Shown: in pieces, positions 12,761-25,412 of the stretch | How positions within the stretch are numbered: the stretch's first letter is position 1 | Layout: each line of letters begins with the position of its first letter | The notes under the pieces: model-generated | What the model was told of the DNA's origin: nothing | The model's input: the letters and a program-made list of their open reading frames with translations, nothing else | Databases searched by the model: none | Translations under genes and position numbers: made by a program | DNA from: Camelus ferus | Lineage: Eukaryota | Assembly (NCBI RefSeq): GCF_009834535.1 | Contig: NC_045697.1 | Location: 41,480,001 to 41,544,000, forward strand | Length of the DNA stretch: 64,000 nt | Reading direction: 5' to 3'

Positions 12761-15024
12761 TCAGGATAGGAAAAAAAAGTCATGGAAATGGATTAATGTG
12801 GGGGTAGACCAGAGAGGGGTTCTCTATGAGAGGAATAAATTTGAGACAAATTGCTTTTTCTAGAAGGCAGGTATGGCCCCAAATAATCATAAACAATCCT
12901 TGATTATAATTTCCAGAATTTGTTGCTTTTTAAAAATCTCTACAGCCATACAGTAATTAGTTGACTGCCATTACTCACATCAGCAGCATTAAATTTGGAA
13001 ACAAAACCTATGGCCAGGATCATACTGATTTGTGATTTCTCTCTTGAGAATCTTGGGAACAAATAATTATAAATTTTAACTGGGTATAACCAGACATAAA
13101 TAGAGTGCTCTCACCTACAACAAATGACAATCATATTTTAGTGCATTTCACTCCATTTGCTCAGTTTTTTTCCCATTTATTACAGATGGCAAGAGTTGCC
13201 TTGGGGAAGCTTCCCTAAAAATTGCTTTTCCGTATAACTTCAAATCAGGTTTAATTTTGACCTTAGGCTTTTGTCTTAGAAGGTCAGTTGGACCAACATC
13301 CCTGCTGTAACCTCCAGATGATTAAGGAGTTCTTATGAAAGATTTTGTGGAAAGTTACAGGATGAACTGGCCTATTTCTCTGTGGGAAGGTAGGGCACAG
13401 GAAATGTCACGAATGCCAAAGTGGTACTGTGCTGTGTTAAACCACAAACAGTGCCTTCATAACAAAGGTGGGTTGGAATGTGTTCTTTAATATTCTATGT
13501 AATTTGATGAGTGGTATCTTTCCTTTTTTCTATTGTAGAGAGCTGAATTACTGAGAATATATATATATATTTTTACTGAATCTCAAAGACATATTAATTC
13601 CAGAAGTTTTTTCCTTCTTTATCTTAAATTCACAGCATGAGTTTGATGACCTTATGAAACTTTTGGGAATAATTAAAAAAAAATCCTCCTGGTGAAGGGG
13701 AATGATTTATAAAATGATGAGTTTAAGCTTAAAGTTGTATTAATGTAAAGTTCTATTTAAGATAAAGTTTGTTTAAAGTTTTATTAAATTGATTTCAATG
13801 TAAAATGCATTTAAATGTGAAGTTTTATTACTTTAACACCTTAACTTTGTTGTATTAGTTTGTGCTTTTTTGAAACATTCATAGTACATTTGTGTATTAT
13901 TTGAAGAAAAAAATAGTGTGCTATGAGTAGAGCTCTGCTATCTGCACTAATCATACCTTTTTAGGAAAAAACTGTAAGGTTATCACCTTCATCTTAGAGT
14001 CTACGTTTAGGTATCAGTAAAAGGAAAGGGGAGTGGAAAGCAAGGTTAATGACAGACAAATACAGTTAATGATTAAGTGAATTTCAGTTACAAGCCCAGC
14101 AAAAGCATAGGCAAAACCATTTAAAGAATCATTTTGGTAGTTTTTTCCCTTCTTAACAGGCCTTGTAGGTAATTATACTTGCTGAGTCATTTGTCTCCTT
14201 GTGCATTTCCTCATATTAACTATAAAATCTATTTCAGGAGGTTCATTTCATGATTGATTTGTTGATAAAAAATGCTTGAGCCATCCCCTGTTAAAAGGCT
14301 TCAGTGACTATTTGCTTGAGGAAATTCTCAGTACATAGTCTTGACTGAATGAAAAACAGGGCAATGAGGCCAATGGAGATCCTTTTGCCTTCCAGGTCAG
14401 TGAGAGTGTGAGGGCGAAGGACCACCTGTGCTCTCGGAGTGTACCTCTCAGCATCCCTTTCTGGGAGTCATAAACAGAGGGGCCTTTTCCCTCTGTTGGG
14501 CTTGTTCTGCTGAGACTCTACTCTTGAGTTTACAGGCTGATACAGGGTGCAGAGGGGACTCTGAATCACATTCAAACTGAACGTGCCTATACATCACGTA
14601 AGAGAAATTTCCTGTAGTCAAAGGAAATGACCGAGTGTGCCCTGTGTTCTGCGTCCTGCCCGTGTGCCATTACGTGAGGGGATGGTTTGTCCTTCCTGAC
14701 TTCTGTCACTGTCTGCCTTGTGTGGAAGTATCTCTGCCTTTGGAAAAACCTGTTTTTCCAGCTCATGCTTTGCTGGGAGCTTGAGAAAGGCTGTCGAATG
14801 TCTTTGATTTTCAGAACTTTCCTAGTGGCTTAAGTCAACCTTGAGAGAGGAAGGCACTGTTCCTCCCCAGCTCCCCTGTAAAGATTCGTTAGCTCAGGTG
14901 TTAATATATATAGTGACCTGCCCTCTGTCTCTGAGTTTATAGTTTTATTATAGATCATTCACAACATTGATAAACTGCTTGACAATGTTTGTTTTCTCTT
15001 TAGTAATTTTTTCGAACCTTTTTT

Positions 15025-15080
15025 TATTCAACAAATATTTATTGAGTATCTGTTACATGCTAGGCATTGTGCTGTAATTG
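15025..15080 (-). mobile_element. L2 3' tail
   Basis: 'ttcaacaaatatttattgagtatctgttacatgctaggcattgtgctg'. Confidence 0.75.
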
Positions 15081-15874
15081 TAGGAAGAAAATGAATAGTA
15101 TACAATTTTTACACATGATCTATTGGTACCCAGAAGGAATACCAACAAATATATTTAACAGATTTTAATTGGCTTATCATTTTGATAAATAATTTGGAAT
15201 ACTAACCCATCATTATGATTATATCAAGTTAACGTACAGAAATGAAAGCAGACTCCTTTGCAGTGATCCCTACTGCTTCTCTGAGTCTCTACCAGAGCTT
15301 CTCTCAGGTGTGGAAGAGCAGACAGGGAAAAGTAATGACAAAGATGAAATTTACCTTGAAAGCCTGCTGCTTGCATCTGCTTTTGATTCACTTGTGGGTA
15401 GCTCATAAATCCCATCAGGTTGAGGAGTTCCTTAAGTTAGCTGGTACCGGAGGTTCTCATGAACTTCTATTTGAATGCATAGAAACTTAAAATAAGTGCC
15501 ATATTATTGTTGTATTATTTCCCATAAAACGGTTCTGATTATTCTGAACAACACAACACAATACACATTCTCATATGAATAGGTACTCGTTTTAAGGGAG
15601 AAAGACATCCATGTACACACACTCACACACAGCCATGTACACATATACTCTTGTGTTCTCTCTGATGGCCCATCATAACTGAACTTTCCTGAATTAAGGA
15701 TGTAAAATTCTACTAAATTTAAAGTCTAGAAAATAGATGCCTCTGTCAGTCCTTATCTAAGTAAGATTTAATTGTTTTAGCCTCTTCATTGCTTAATGAT
15801 CTTTGTAACTTTGGGTGTAGCTGCATTTGAAAACAATGGAAGACATAAGAAATATAAGTTTTCCCAAAAAGATT

Positions 15875-15970
15875 CATTTTCCCTCTCTCCCTTTCTTCCT
15901 GCCTCCTCTTTCCTCCTTTTCCTTCCTCCCTTCTTCCCTTTCTCTCTTTCTTTCTTTCTTCATTCATTTT
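15875..15970. repeat. CT-rich low-complexity tract
   Basis: Pyrimidine run; the source of two spurious ORFs. Confidence 0.75.
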
Positions 15971-17479
15971 GGGAAAGTAGAAACGAGATGACCTGCAAAG
16001 ACTAGAGAAGGGGGTTATTCAACAAAACTAGGAGAAGAAAAAACGAATTTGTGACTTGGGATCTTTGCATAGGGCTATGGAAGGAGGCACAGAGGAGAAC
16101 AAAGTGATCAGGACAGGCGTGGGGGAGGGGAAGTCACACTGTTTTAAGCCCCGAATGCGGATCTCTTTTCGCTACTGGCCCAGACCAAGCTCAGGACCTT
16201 GTCCTTGCCCAAGGTGACAGGCTGTGGATAGTAAAAGGCATCTTCCTCTTTATTACATAGTGCTGGTTTCCTACTTAAATGAAATTGTAATGTAACAGTG
16301 CAATTTAATGTCTAGATGAATTGTGTTCTTAAAATTTCTGTAATGGTAATAAAATGAAAAAGAGTAGAACTAAGAGATCAGTGAGTTAAAGACTTACATG
16401 CATTCATCCAGCTGATTAAGATGTGTGTAAATATGTTTATATGTGTGAAGCATGTTTGATTACAAATAGAGTTTATAGCATTTTATAAACTTTAAATAAT
16501 TATTGAGATTTTAGAAAAATATAGTATTTAAAAATGTACAGTATTACGCAACTTAATTAAGCATCATGTAGGATGTTGAGATCATGTTGTCTTTTAAGGA
16601 ACTGTATTCAGTGCAAGAATGAAACTTGTAAATGTTCAAACATTTGCAAAAGACAGTAGTGCTACAAGTAATTCAGGGAAGAGTGTCAAACACTACAAGG
16701 TAGAATTCCATAAGGTTTCATTGGTTAAAGCAGGATGTTGGCTCTGATTGAAGAAAAACATTCCTATTTTTTAAAACTAAGGGTAAGATAATCTGTGGTA
16801 AAAGTCAAAAACAGAAATTAAGATATTGTGTGTTTGGTTAATTTCTCTTGGAATAGCCAAGGTTTCCAAGATTTGTAAAATTTAATAATCTGACTTTAAA
16901 CCAGATGGATTACATAGCACATGAAATAAAAAGACTTAAAAAGACATAAAAAGACTCTGAGTCCTTGTACATTACATTTGCTCCCGCTACACAGTTATAT
17001 AAATGTTCTTAAAGTAGATTTAAGAATGCTGAAAGTAGTATAACAAGAAACAAGGTGGTTAAATACTCAGTGTAGATTTAAAATCAAGTAAGTGTGTATA
17101 TTTTCTGTGCTACTAGGCATATTTATAATAATTTGTTAGCATAAATAGTTTACTCTACTTTTCATTAGCAATTTTATGTCCCTACTGAATGTAGTCGACT
17201 TTTAGTTCTGTTATTTGTTATTGCTTAATTTCTTTTCCAATAGTGAAAAGAGCTATAGACTTGTACTTGGTGGATTTTCAGCTATTTCATCTTAAAAATC
17301 TAATGGAATCTGACCACAGATGACTCCAGAGGCATACTAAATACCTAAAAGGAATTTAGGCTATTATCCTGTGGACCTCCTTTTTCAATGTTTAGGGGGA
17401 AATTGTAAGAGGGATGGCGACTCTATGGCAAGTCATCTCCCCATTAAATCTCTAAACCACTACTGCCCCAGCCCAGCCC

Positions 17480-18005
17480 CTTACCATTTCTCAGCTAACC
17501 CACTGCGGTTACCTCCCTCCTGCTCCCTGCCTCAGCTTTCTCCACATTTGAATGTCAGAGTGAATTTTTAAAAATAGATTGGACGTGTCTCTCTCTGCTT
17601 ATACACATCCAGTGGTTTTCCCATAAAGTCCAAATTTCTTACCACAGTAACCAAGTCTTGTTACAGTCTTGCCAGCCTCATTTCCTGGCCCTTGTGAATC
17701 TGAGACTCTGGTTATTCCCTGAACCAGCCATGTCCTTTTGTGCATTTCCTTCTGACAGGAGTATTCTGTGTCTGCTAATCACAGTCTCTGACTGGGTAAG
17801 TCACATGTGTTCTGCAGTGTTACTGACTCTGTGAAGACCTTCTGGATGTGTTCAAACCTAGCAAAAATAATGTCCCTTTTTCTTGTTCCTCATAGCTCCT
17901 TTGAGAAATCCTCAAAGACAGGGTTACTTTCTTGTTACCATTCCTCGGGCATGCTGTATGAACATGCTAGGTGCTCAATGAATATTGGTTGACAAGTGAA
18001 TAAAT
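17480..18005 (+). mobile_element. L2 3' region
   Basis: 'tcagagtgaatttttaaaaatagattgga...ccagtggttttcccataaagtccaaa' and tail 'taggtgctcaatgaatattggttgac'. Confidence 0.7.
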
Positions 18006-18209
18006 TCTGCCTAGGGTTTTTGCTTTCTAATTCTTTATGTATCCTTTTCTCTGCAATAATTTACCCATTTAATACTGTTAAATATATATTAGTAATCTAA
18101 ATTTTATCATTGTTTAAACTAAGGAAACAATTAAGGTGAAATGAATTAAGGTGCAACATTCTACACTAAATTGTTTTTTTACTTAAAAACTCTGCATTGC
18201 AACTATAAT

Positions 18210-18565
18210 AAAAATAACAATGTTCTAATACGACTTTTTGCAACTTTCAAATATGCACTGCAGTATTACTGACTATAGTCACCATGCTATATGTTACCCC
18301 AAAACTTACCTCTTGATCCCCTTCACCAATTTTGCACCCTGCACACATCTCCTTTCCTCCAGCAACCCCCATTCTGTTCTCTGTATCTATGAGTTTTGTT
18401 TTGTTTTGTTTGTTTGTTTACATTCCATACATAAGTGAGATCTTATGGTCTTGTCTTCCTCTGTCTGATTTATTTCACTTAGCATAATACCTCAATGTCT
18501 GTTCATGTTATTGCAAATGGCAAGATTTCCTTCTTTTTAATAGCTGAATAATATTCCATTCCATG
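18210..18565 (-). mobile_element. Older L1 3' end (L1MA9-like)
   Basis: 'actatagtcaccatgct...ttccatacataagtgagatc...ttatttcacttagcataata...gcaaatggcaagatttccttctttttaatagctgaataatattccatt'. Confidence 0.85.
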
Positions 18566-19139
18566 TGTGTAAACGTTCAAATTAGATTTCCTTTGTGTAA
18601 AAGTCCTTGTCCAAAAAAGTGTCTAATTTAGAATGCGATGGTTAAAGTATGAGAGCCTATGCAGACTACAGACTAAAAAATAATTTAAAAAGGCACAGTT
18701 TTTGCCATGAAAGGCAATTTTTTTAGAGGCTGTGTGTGAATAAAGATGTATGTTTTAAAAGGTGCTCAGACTTATAAGTAGGTGGAAGAAATTCATAGGC
18801 AAGAATTCCTGAAATGGGGAGTGACTAAGAAATGAGTGGAAAACATGCTCATTAATAATGCTGTTAATGATAGAAATTTGGCAGAAGATTTTATGGATAG
18901 TGTGAGTTTCTTACATTTATGGAGATGGAATATATTCTTCTATCTACCTATTTGGTTATTTTATGCACAGAATGAACCAGAGATAATTCCTCAAAGGAGA
19001 GATCAACCTGAATAAATGGTTATATTTAATATTTTTCCATCTCTAATCATATCTCTGCCTAAAGTTGTTCTTCTTTCCTGGACACCTCTTTCTAGTAACT
19101 ATTAGAAGTTGAGTCCAAATAATAAATATTATGAAGGAG

Positions 19140-19350
19140 ATGTGTCATGAGGGATCGAAAACAAACTGCTTCTTGTGTTCAAATCTTGATTTTGCCATTT
19201 ATAAGTTTTGTGATTCCAGTATCGTTTGACCACATTAAACCTCTGTTTCCTCTATGAAATGGAGACACTAATAGTAGTAACACATACTAGTCGTTATGTG
19301 GACTGAGACACTGAATGGATGGTTCTAGTATCTGGTACACAGTTGATTAT
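19140..19350 (+). mobile_element. MIR SINE
   Basis: 'gtgttcaaatcttgattttgccatttat...cctctgtttcctctatgaaatggag'. Confidence 0.65.
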
Positions 19351-19914
19351 TATCTCTATGTCTTGTCAGTTCTGCCATGAAACTAGGTGCTATAACGCAT
19401 AATATGGCCCTTCTCTTAGGCTCAGATGTTGATATTGCTTCTCCAAAACCTTTCCTGGGAACTTTCCACCTCAAACAAAGAGAAACTGTACAATATTTTC
19501 AATTTTATCATTTAGAACTGGTCAATAACAGACTATGTAATAGTTCCATCCTGCAGTCTAGGTATGGCAAAGAAATACCCCTGTAACATCACTTGAATTT
19601 CTTAGAAAGGAGATTGTTTCTTTTTAGATTAAGGTGGGCATTAGCTTCATGCAGACGTTTTTCAATGTATATTGTCCTTGGTGGTTTGACTCTCTTGATT
19701 ATCCCCAAATCAACTTATACATTCTGTACATAATAAATAATATACTGTTAAATGTAAGAGTAAAATAATAGGTGATGATTTTGTTATTGTATAGAATCTT
19801 CTGATCAGTCCCTGATGCCACAGAGACTATGACGGGGAACTCCGTATATCATTAGTAGAATTCTTTCCTGTTACAATTATTTTCTCTCTAGAATTTTCAG
19901 TTTTTGTTTAGACT

Positions 19915-20105
19915 GTTACAGGAGAGATTATGATTGTAAAATCTGATAGATCTGGTTTACACTTTGGTTCTGACACTTGCTTGTTGTATAATCTTGGACA
20001 AGTTAGTTTTCCTGGTATTCAGGATGATTTGGTGAGATTTAAATGTGATTACATACATAAAATACTTAGCTTATTGTCTGGCACAGAGTGGCAAACACTA
20101 TTTCT
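19915..20105 (+). mobile_element. MIR SINE
   Basis: 'ttctgacacttgc...atcttggacaagtta...tacttagcttattgtctggcacagag'. Confidence 0.65.
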
Positions 20106-21749
20106 AATTTATTTTGCATTTGTACCTTGCCTGGCCTGCTCTGAATTTACAATAAAAATGAAATGTGAGACCACATTGGGAGCCTTAGAGATTACACAGA
20201 TTTGCTCCCAAGCGACCATAAAGAAGAGAGCAGAGAGGAAGTTGACCTTTCATTACCAGCATTTCCTCTCCAGCAGGTGCGGTGGATTTCTGCTTTTATC
20301 TCCTTCTATCATAAATACTATTTTTCAAAATGTACTCATTTTTCCCTCTGAAATCTGAAAAGTACTATTTTCCTCTTTCCTGGCCTAAATATTTCAAATT
20401 TTGAATGATCTTGGTGAACATCTAAACCATAATTATTGACTTTAAATTCCCCAGGAGAGAAAATGGTGCTTCTGACTGGCCCCACGGGCAGGTCTGTAAT
20501 AAGGGGCTGAGGTAGCATAGAGGATAAATCTTAGCTGATACCAGCCTTCTTAACAACAGCAAACCTCTGCTATATGTAGCTGCTGGCATTTCAGAACAAG
20601 GTAGTTAGTCCTATGAACGAGTGTGGACTTGAATTCTGCCACAGGAGTGCCTCCCAGTTACTGACTCTTTCTGCCTTTTAAGCTCTGCAAGGAGATCAGA
20701 CTTGAGCAGAAGGCTCTTAGACTTCTGTGTAGGTATTATTCACGTTGGTTTGCCTCCTCCCTGCCAATTAATTTGTGTTAGAATTCATAACTTCACATCT
20801 TCTTTTTTGGTGCTGCCTTGTTCTCTGAGTTCCATAAATAGAAGCTCTGCAGAATGTGCAGTAGCTGACTAGATTATGTTCTAAAATATTTCACATATAA
20901 GGGAGGCATTCTCCTGAGAAGTGGGAAGCTGATGCAGGAGAGAAATTTCAGGGATAAACAAATGCAATTTTTTTTCTGCTGTCTTTCTGATCTGTAAACA
21001 AAATTGTCAGAAACTCTTCCTTAAATAGCTTCCCATGACTCAAAACATGCTGTCGTGCTGTTTAAACATGGGCATTAGTTTGGGGCTATATTTCAGTTGC
21101 TATAGATCAAGACAGATGATTTTATGGAATTATGAACACTTGATTTACAGTGGCATCTAAAGTTTATCTGATAATTCTTTGCAGACCTGCATTTGAAAAG
21201 GAGATGTATTACAAATGAGACAGTGCATACCTGTCTTAGAGTTACAGAACAGGTTTACAATTGAGATATTTAGTAAATCAACTCTTGTAGATTATTTATT
21301 ATTTAATACTCTATGACACTAATGCGATTCTTTCTGGCAATAAATGTAGACATTCTACTTGCTTTGGTGTCAGACTGTGTGGGAACTTGGAATAGAAATA
21401 AGCATCAGTCCTGAAAATGGACATCAGTTTGAATCCCTGAAGGCTCTCGTTAAAGTTGAATTTAAGAGACTGGAATTACATTTCAACAAACACGGTATAG
21501 AAGAACCTTACCTATTTGATCTCAAATTTCTGAACTACAGATTGGAAGATACATTTTCGAATTAAAGACTATGTTAATCGGAATAGCATAAGATGTCTAG
21601 CTTGATGCTGATACGGAAACCACAGATTGTACAGGTTAATAGACTTGTCCAAGGGAATGAGTTAGAATCCATGCCTCTGCTAACCACAGTTCTTTAGATT
21701 TAACTACTTCTTATTACTTTTAAGAATTTCCTTTAAAGAGACAATTTCC

Positions 21750-22236
21750 CAAAACTCTGACAGTGGCAGCAGAAACTGAACGGGACTTGGGTGTAAGTAT
21801 ATTTCAGAGGTCATTCCAGAGGGCTGGAGTGAAGGAGAGGGAGAGGGAGATAGGGGAACAGGTCTCCACCATGGGCAGTAAGGGCTTGATTTGGTCAAGA
21901 CTTCCTGAGAGGCAAACATTAGATATCCCAGTGTTGTCAGCTTGAGGACCTGAGACAGAAGCGCTTGGGAGCAGTGGCTGCAGTCCTTTATTGGTTGAAG
22001 GTTGCCTCTGGGGCCATTAACCTCTCCAGCACTTTTAGGCTGAGCTTGCTTGGGGGTGAACAGACTTTCTCAGAGTTGGAGAAAGCTTGGGCCATGAAGT
22101 AGGGAGAGATATGGTGCCAGCCTGAGTTAGAATGCTGCCAAAGTAAGTCTGAGCCTAGCTGGAGCTGTCCACTGCAGCAGCGGCTGAAAAATCAGAGATA
22201 AGCGGAGGGAGAGGGCAACAGAAGGGTCTGCTGCAT
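21750..22236 (-). mobile_element. ERVL solo LTR (LTR16/LTR33-like)
   Basis: 'cattccagagggctggagtgaagg...ttattggttgaaggttgcctctggggccattaac...tctgctgca' resembles LTR16/33 consensus segments. Confidence 0.6.
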
Positions 22237-22698
22237 CTGTGTCCACGTTCCTGATAGCGTGTAATTACATTGCTTCACATTTTCCCCATGGGGTGATTCA
22301 GGACCTTCTATCCTTTTCATCGACAGTTTTTTCATTCTGTTATTTGCATGAATTTCCTAAAATAGAGGACTCATCTATGTGTAAGGAATGCTTCGTCTTT
22401 GAATCCTGAAACTGTTTTTCAGCATTTTCTCTCCATAATTCCCATTCTGTTCTTTTTCACTTCTGGCCTTTGCCCTGCTTCTCCGTTTACTCTTTGCAGT
22501 TAATTTGCTCTGGCTGCTTCCCATTTCCTCCACTCCCTATGCCTCATAGCTTAAACTTTCATTTGACCGTCTGTTGCCTGGTCATCATCTCTTAGGTCTA
22601 TCTCACCTGCCTTCCTCTAACAATAAATTTCCTGTTCTCTAACCCAAGTTTTATTTGCCTTCAATACATCAGTTGAAGTGATATATTGAAATACATCT

Positions 22699-22819
22699 TC
22701 TGAAAAAGAACATATATATATATGTGTGTATCTATATCTATATCTGAATCACTTTGCTGTACCCCTGAAACTAACACAACATTGTAAATCAACTGTACTT
22801 CAATAAAAAATTAAAAAAA
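22699..22819 (+). mobile_element. Very short L1 3' tail insertion
   Basis: 'tgaatcactttgctgtacccctgaaactaacacaacattgtaaatcaactgtacttcaataaaaaa' with a perfect 11-bp TSD gaaatacatct (22688-22698 / 22820-22830). Confidence 0.92.
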
Positions 22820-22949
22820 GAAATACATCTAGTATTCTACTCTTTGGAAACTTTGAGCTACTCTTTGGAAAGTACTGATGGTCCCTTCTGCTACTTCTGA
22901 AACACTCTCTAACTCACAGGTTCAATAAATGTAGATGGTGCCTCTTTCC

Positions 22950-23245
22950 ACTTAGAGTTGGAAGGAACTTTAGAGATAATCTGTGCGGTCCCATTTCACT
23001 TTTTAAAAATTTACTTTATTTTAATTAATTAATTATTTAATGGAGGTACTGGGTATTGAACTCAGGACCTCATGCATGCTAAGCATGCACTCTACCACTG
23101 AGCTATTCCCCTCCGTGCCATCTCACTTTTCAAGTGAAGAGGGGATATAGAGAGAGGTTAAGCGACCTGCTCAGGTCCCACAACTAATAAAGACAGAGCT
23201 GTGGGGTCCCAACACTCAGGGATCTTTTCTGTCTATCATACTGCC
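22950..23245 (-). mobile_element. MIR/MIR3 interrupted by the SINE below
   Basis: 'ttagagttggaaggaactttagagataatct' and 'agagaggttaagcgacctgctcaggtc'. Confidence 0.7.
23004..23117 (-). mobile_element. tRNA-Ala(AGC)-derived SINE, camelid vic-1 type
   Basis: Minus strand reads ggggaatagctcagtggtagagtgcatgcttagcatgcatgaggtcctgagttcaatacccagtacctcca (A and B boxes, AGC anticodon), then an A-rich tail. 13-bp TSD ccat[t/c]tcactttt (22991-23003 / 23118-23130). Confidence 0.88.
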
Positions 23246-23756
23246 AACCTAATATAAATCATTAATTAATGTAAATATTATGAATTGCAGGCTTCTGATG
23301 ATTGGGGAATAGAGCTGTTTATTTGATTTATGTAACTCTTAACAATGGGCACAGTAATAGACAACTTGATAACTACAGGTGGAGATCAGATGAGGCCCTT
23401 CAAGTAATGCAAGGAAATGAGAGAGAAGACCATTGTATCATTTACACTTCCTCCCCAGTTATACTGCCTGATGACTTAGCTTCTTATGTATTACTGAAGC
23501 ATTTAAAATCTATGGATAATTTGAGCTACACGGGGCAAGACAGCTTAAGCCAAATTTTTGTAATTATACATTTTCTCTGATTTTTTTTCGTGGTGTTATG
23601 AATGGGTTTCTATATATACCCCACATTAAATATAATCCTAGAAAAAATGTAAGAACTATGTACATTCATTTGACTTATTTTAGAATCTTATTTATTCTGT
23701 AGTGATTAATGATATTTCAGATTCTTCATAAAATCAACCCTGAGTAGATTAGATGC

Positions 23757-24155
23757 TGTATTGGGTTAAATAGTGTCACCTTGGACCTGTGGATCTAACT
23801 TTGTTTGGAAATAGGGTCTTTGCAGATGTAACCAAGTTAAGATGAGGTCATCCTGGCTTTGGGTGGGCTTTAAATCCATTATAATGGGTGTCCTTTAGAA
23901 GAGAAAAATTTGGGGAAATACAGGGAAGCAGTTCATGGAAAGACAGAAGCAGAGATTGGAGTGATGCATGTATATTCCAAAGAAAGCTAAGGATTGCTGG
24001 CAACCATAAGAATCTAGACGAGGCAGGGAAGGATAGTTCCTTCAGAGACAGCGTGGTCTTGCCACAGCTTGATTTCTGATGTGTGTTGCTTTCAGTACTT
24101 TGAGAGAATACATTTCTGTTGTTTTAAACAAAGCTTGTGGTACTTTATAGCCCCT
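23757..24155 (+). mobile_element. MaLR solo LTR (MLT1C-like)
   Basis: 'tgtattgggttaaatagtgtc...tttggaaatagggtctttgcagatgtaaccaagttaagatgaggtcat...gagagaatacatttctgttgttttaa'. Confidence 0.88.
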
Positions 24156-24270
24156 GTGCTCATTTGAACTTGAAACCCCTTGACCTAATGATCTCTGCCT
24201 GCTGCTCCTGCTTTTTAAGTCAATGATTATTTTCTTAACTGTGATGGAAATCACATCACCTTAAAGTTTT

Positions 24271-24346
24271 TGTGCATGTGTGTGTGAAAGAGAGAGAGAG
24301 GGCGACAAAGACACACACACACACACACATACACAAACATACACAA
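24271..24346. repeat. Compound (TG)/(GA)/(CA) microsatellite
   Basis: Dinucleotide runs visible in the sequence. Confidence 0.85.
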
Positions 24347-25224
24347 ATTGTACCTTACTGAATGTACTGTGAGATTTCATTGGAAAAGATAATTCTTATG
24401 TAGCCATGTAGATATTAGTCATATGACCAATTCAGATTTATAATCATATGTTAATTTTCTTTCTGTCTGACCTTGATAAAAAGTTGGTTTCAAGTTATTT
24501 GGTTAAGTTTAATTTAGAACAGAGAAAAATATATAAATGCCAGGTTCCACCTCACTGCAATTTTTTTTTCAGATTTGAATGTTATTTTTGGTGCACATGG
24601 TAGTCATCTATTTATGTTTCTGTTTGTAAAGATCAGCTATGCCAGTACACTTCCTCTTGTTTTCTCTGTATTTTTCTTTGCTGTATAGTGTGGTGTTGGT
24701 TTTATATGATTTGTGTTGCTCCTGAAAGCATCAGTTAAAGGCAACTGTAGATAGGGAGAAACACCAGTCTTTGGTTACAGAAGTGTTTCTTTTCTTTTTT
24801 TCCAGTTTTATTGAGATATAGAAGCACTTCTTAAGAAGAGATCACTCTAGCAATGGAGTCTTTTAAGGACAATTTATAAACAAATCTCATTTATGAATAA
24901 GTGTAAAGATTTACCTGCACAGAAGAGAAATCTTAAGTGTACAACTTTTGTTGTTTGGAGGAAGAAACTGATATTTTATTTTATTTTTCTGTACATATCA
25001 CAAGTTATTAAAATGTATTTTCAATAAGTCTAGGTAAAGGAATTTTAATGCAAATCTGCATTTGAGGCTGTGTGCGATTTCTGTACACTTAATTTTGCTT
25101 ATTTGGTATATTTGTCTCAGCATCAAAAATGTATAACTTAAGTGAAGTTAGATAATTCCTTTTATTTACCTTAGAAAGCAACTCTATACATACACAGAAG
25201 TAAAATTATTCTGATACAACAAAA

Positions 25225-25412
25225 ACTATTCTGGTACAACATTCTTGGAAGATAATTTGACAATGCAGTATTTAGCAAGTGAACAGTAAAATGTTTACAC
25301 TGTTGGGCTTAGTAATTCCATGTCTAGAATGCATTTTACGTGTGCAATCAAAAATTATGTAAAGATATTCATCCAGTGTAATTTATAATAGCAAAAGTTA
25401 TAAGCAGCCTCT
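25225..25412 (+). mobile_element. Ancient L1 (L1ME-like) fragment
   Basis: 'tggtacaacattcttggaagataatttgacaat...agtaattccatgtctagaat...tttataatagcaaaa'. Confidence 0.6.

Noticed and set aside
15242..15490. Exon candidate around the 82-aa ORF
   Set aside because: No convincing donor and no recognisable peptide in any frame.
22837..22871. 14-bp direct repeat ctactctttggaaa
   Set aside because: Ordinary small local duplication with no functional indication.
23041..23112. Functional tRNA-Ala gene
   Set aside because: Has an A-rich tail and TSD, interrupts a MIR, and carries stem mismatches and CpG decay, so it is a SINE or retrocopy.
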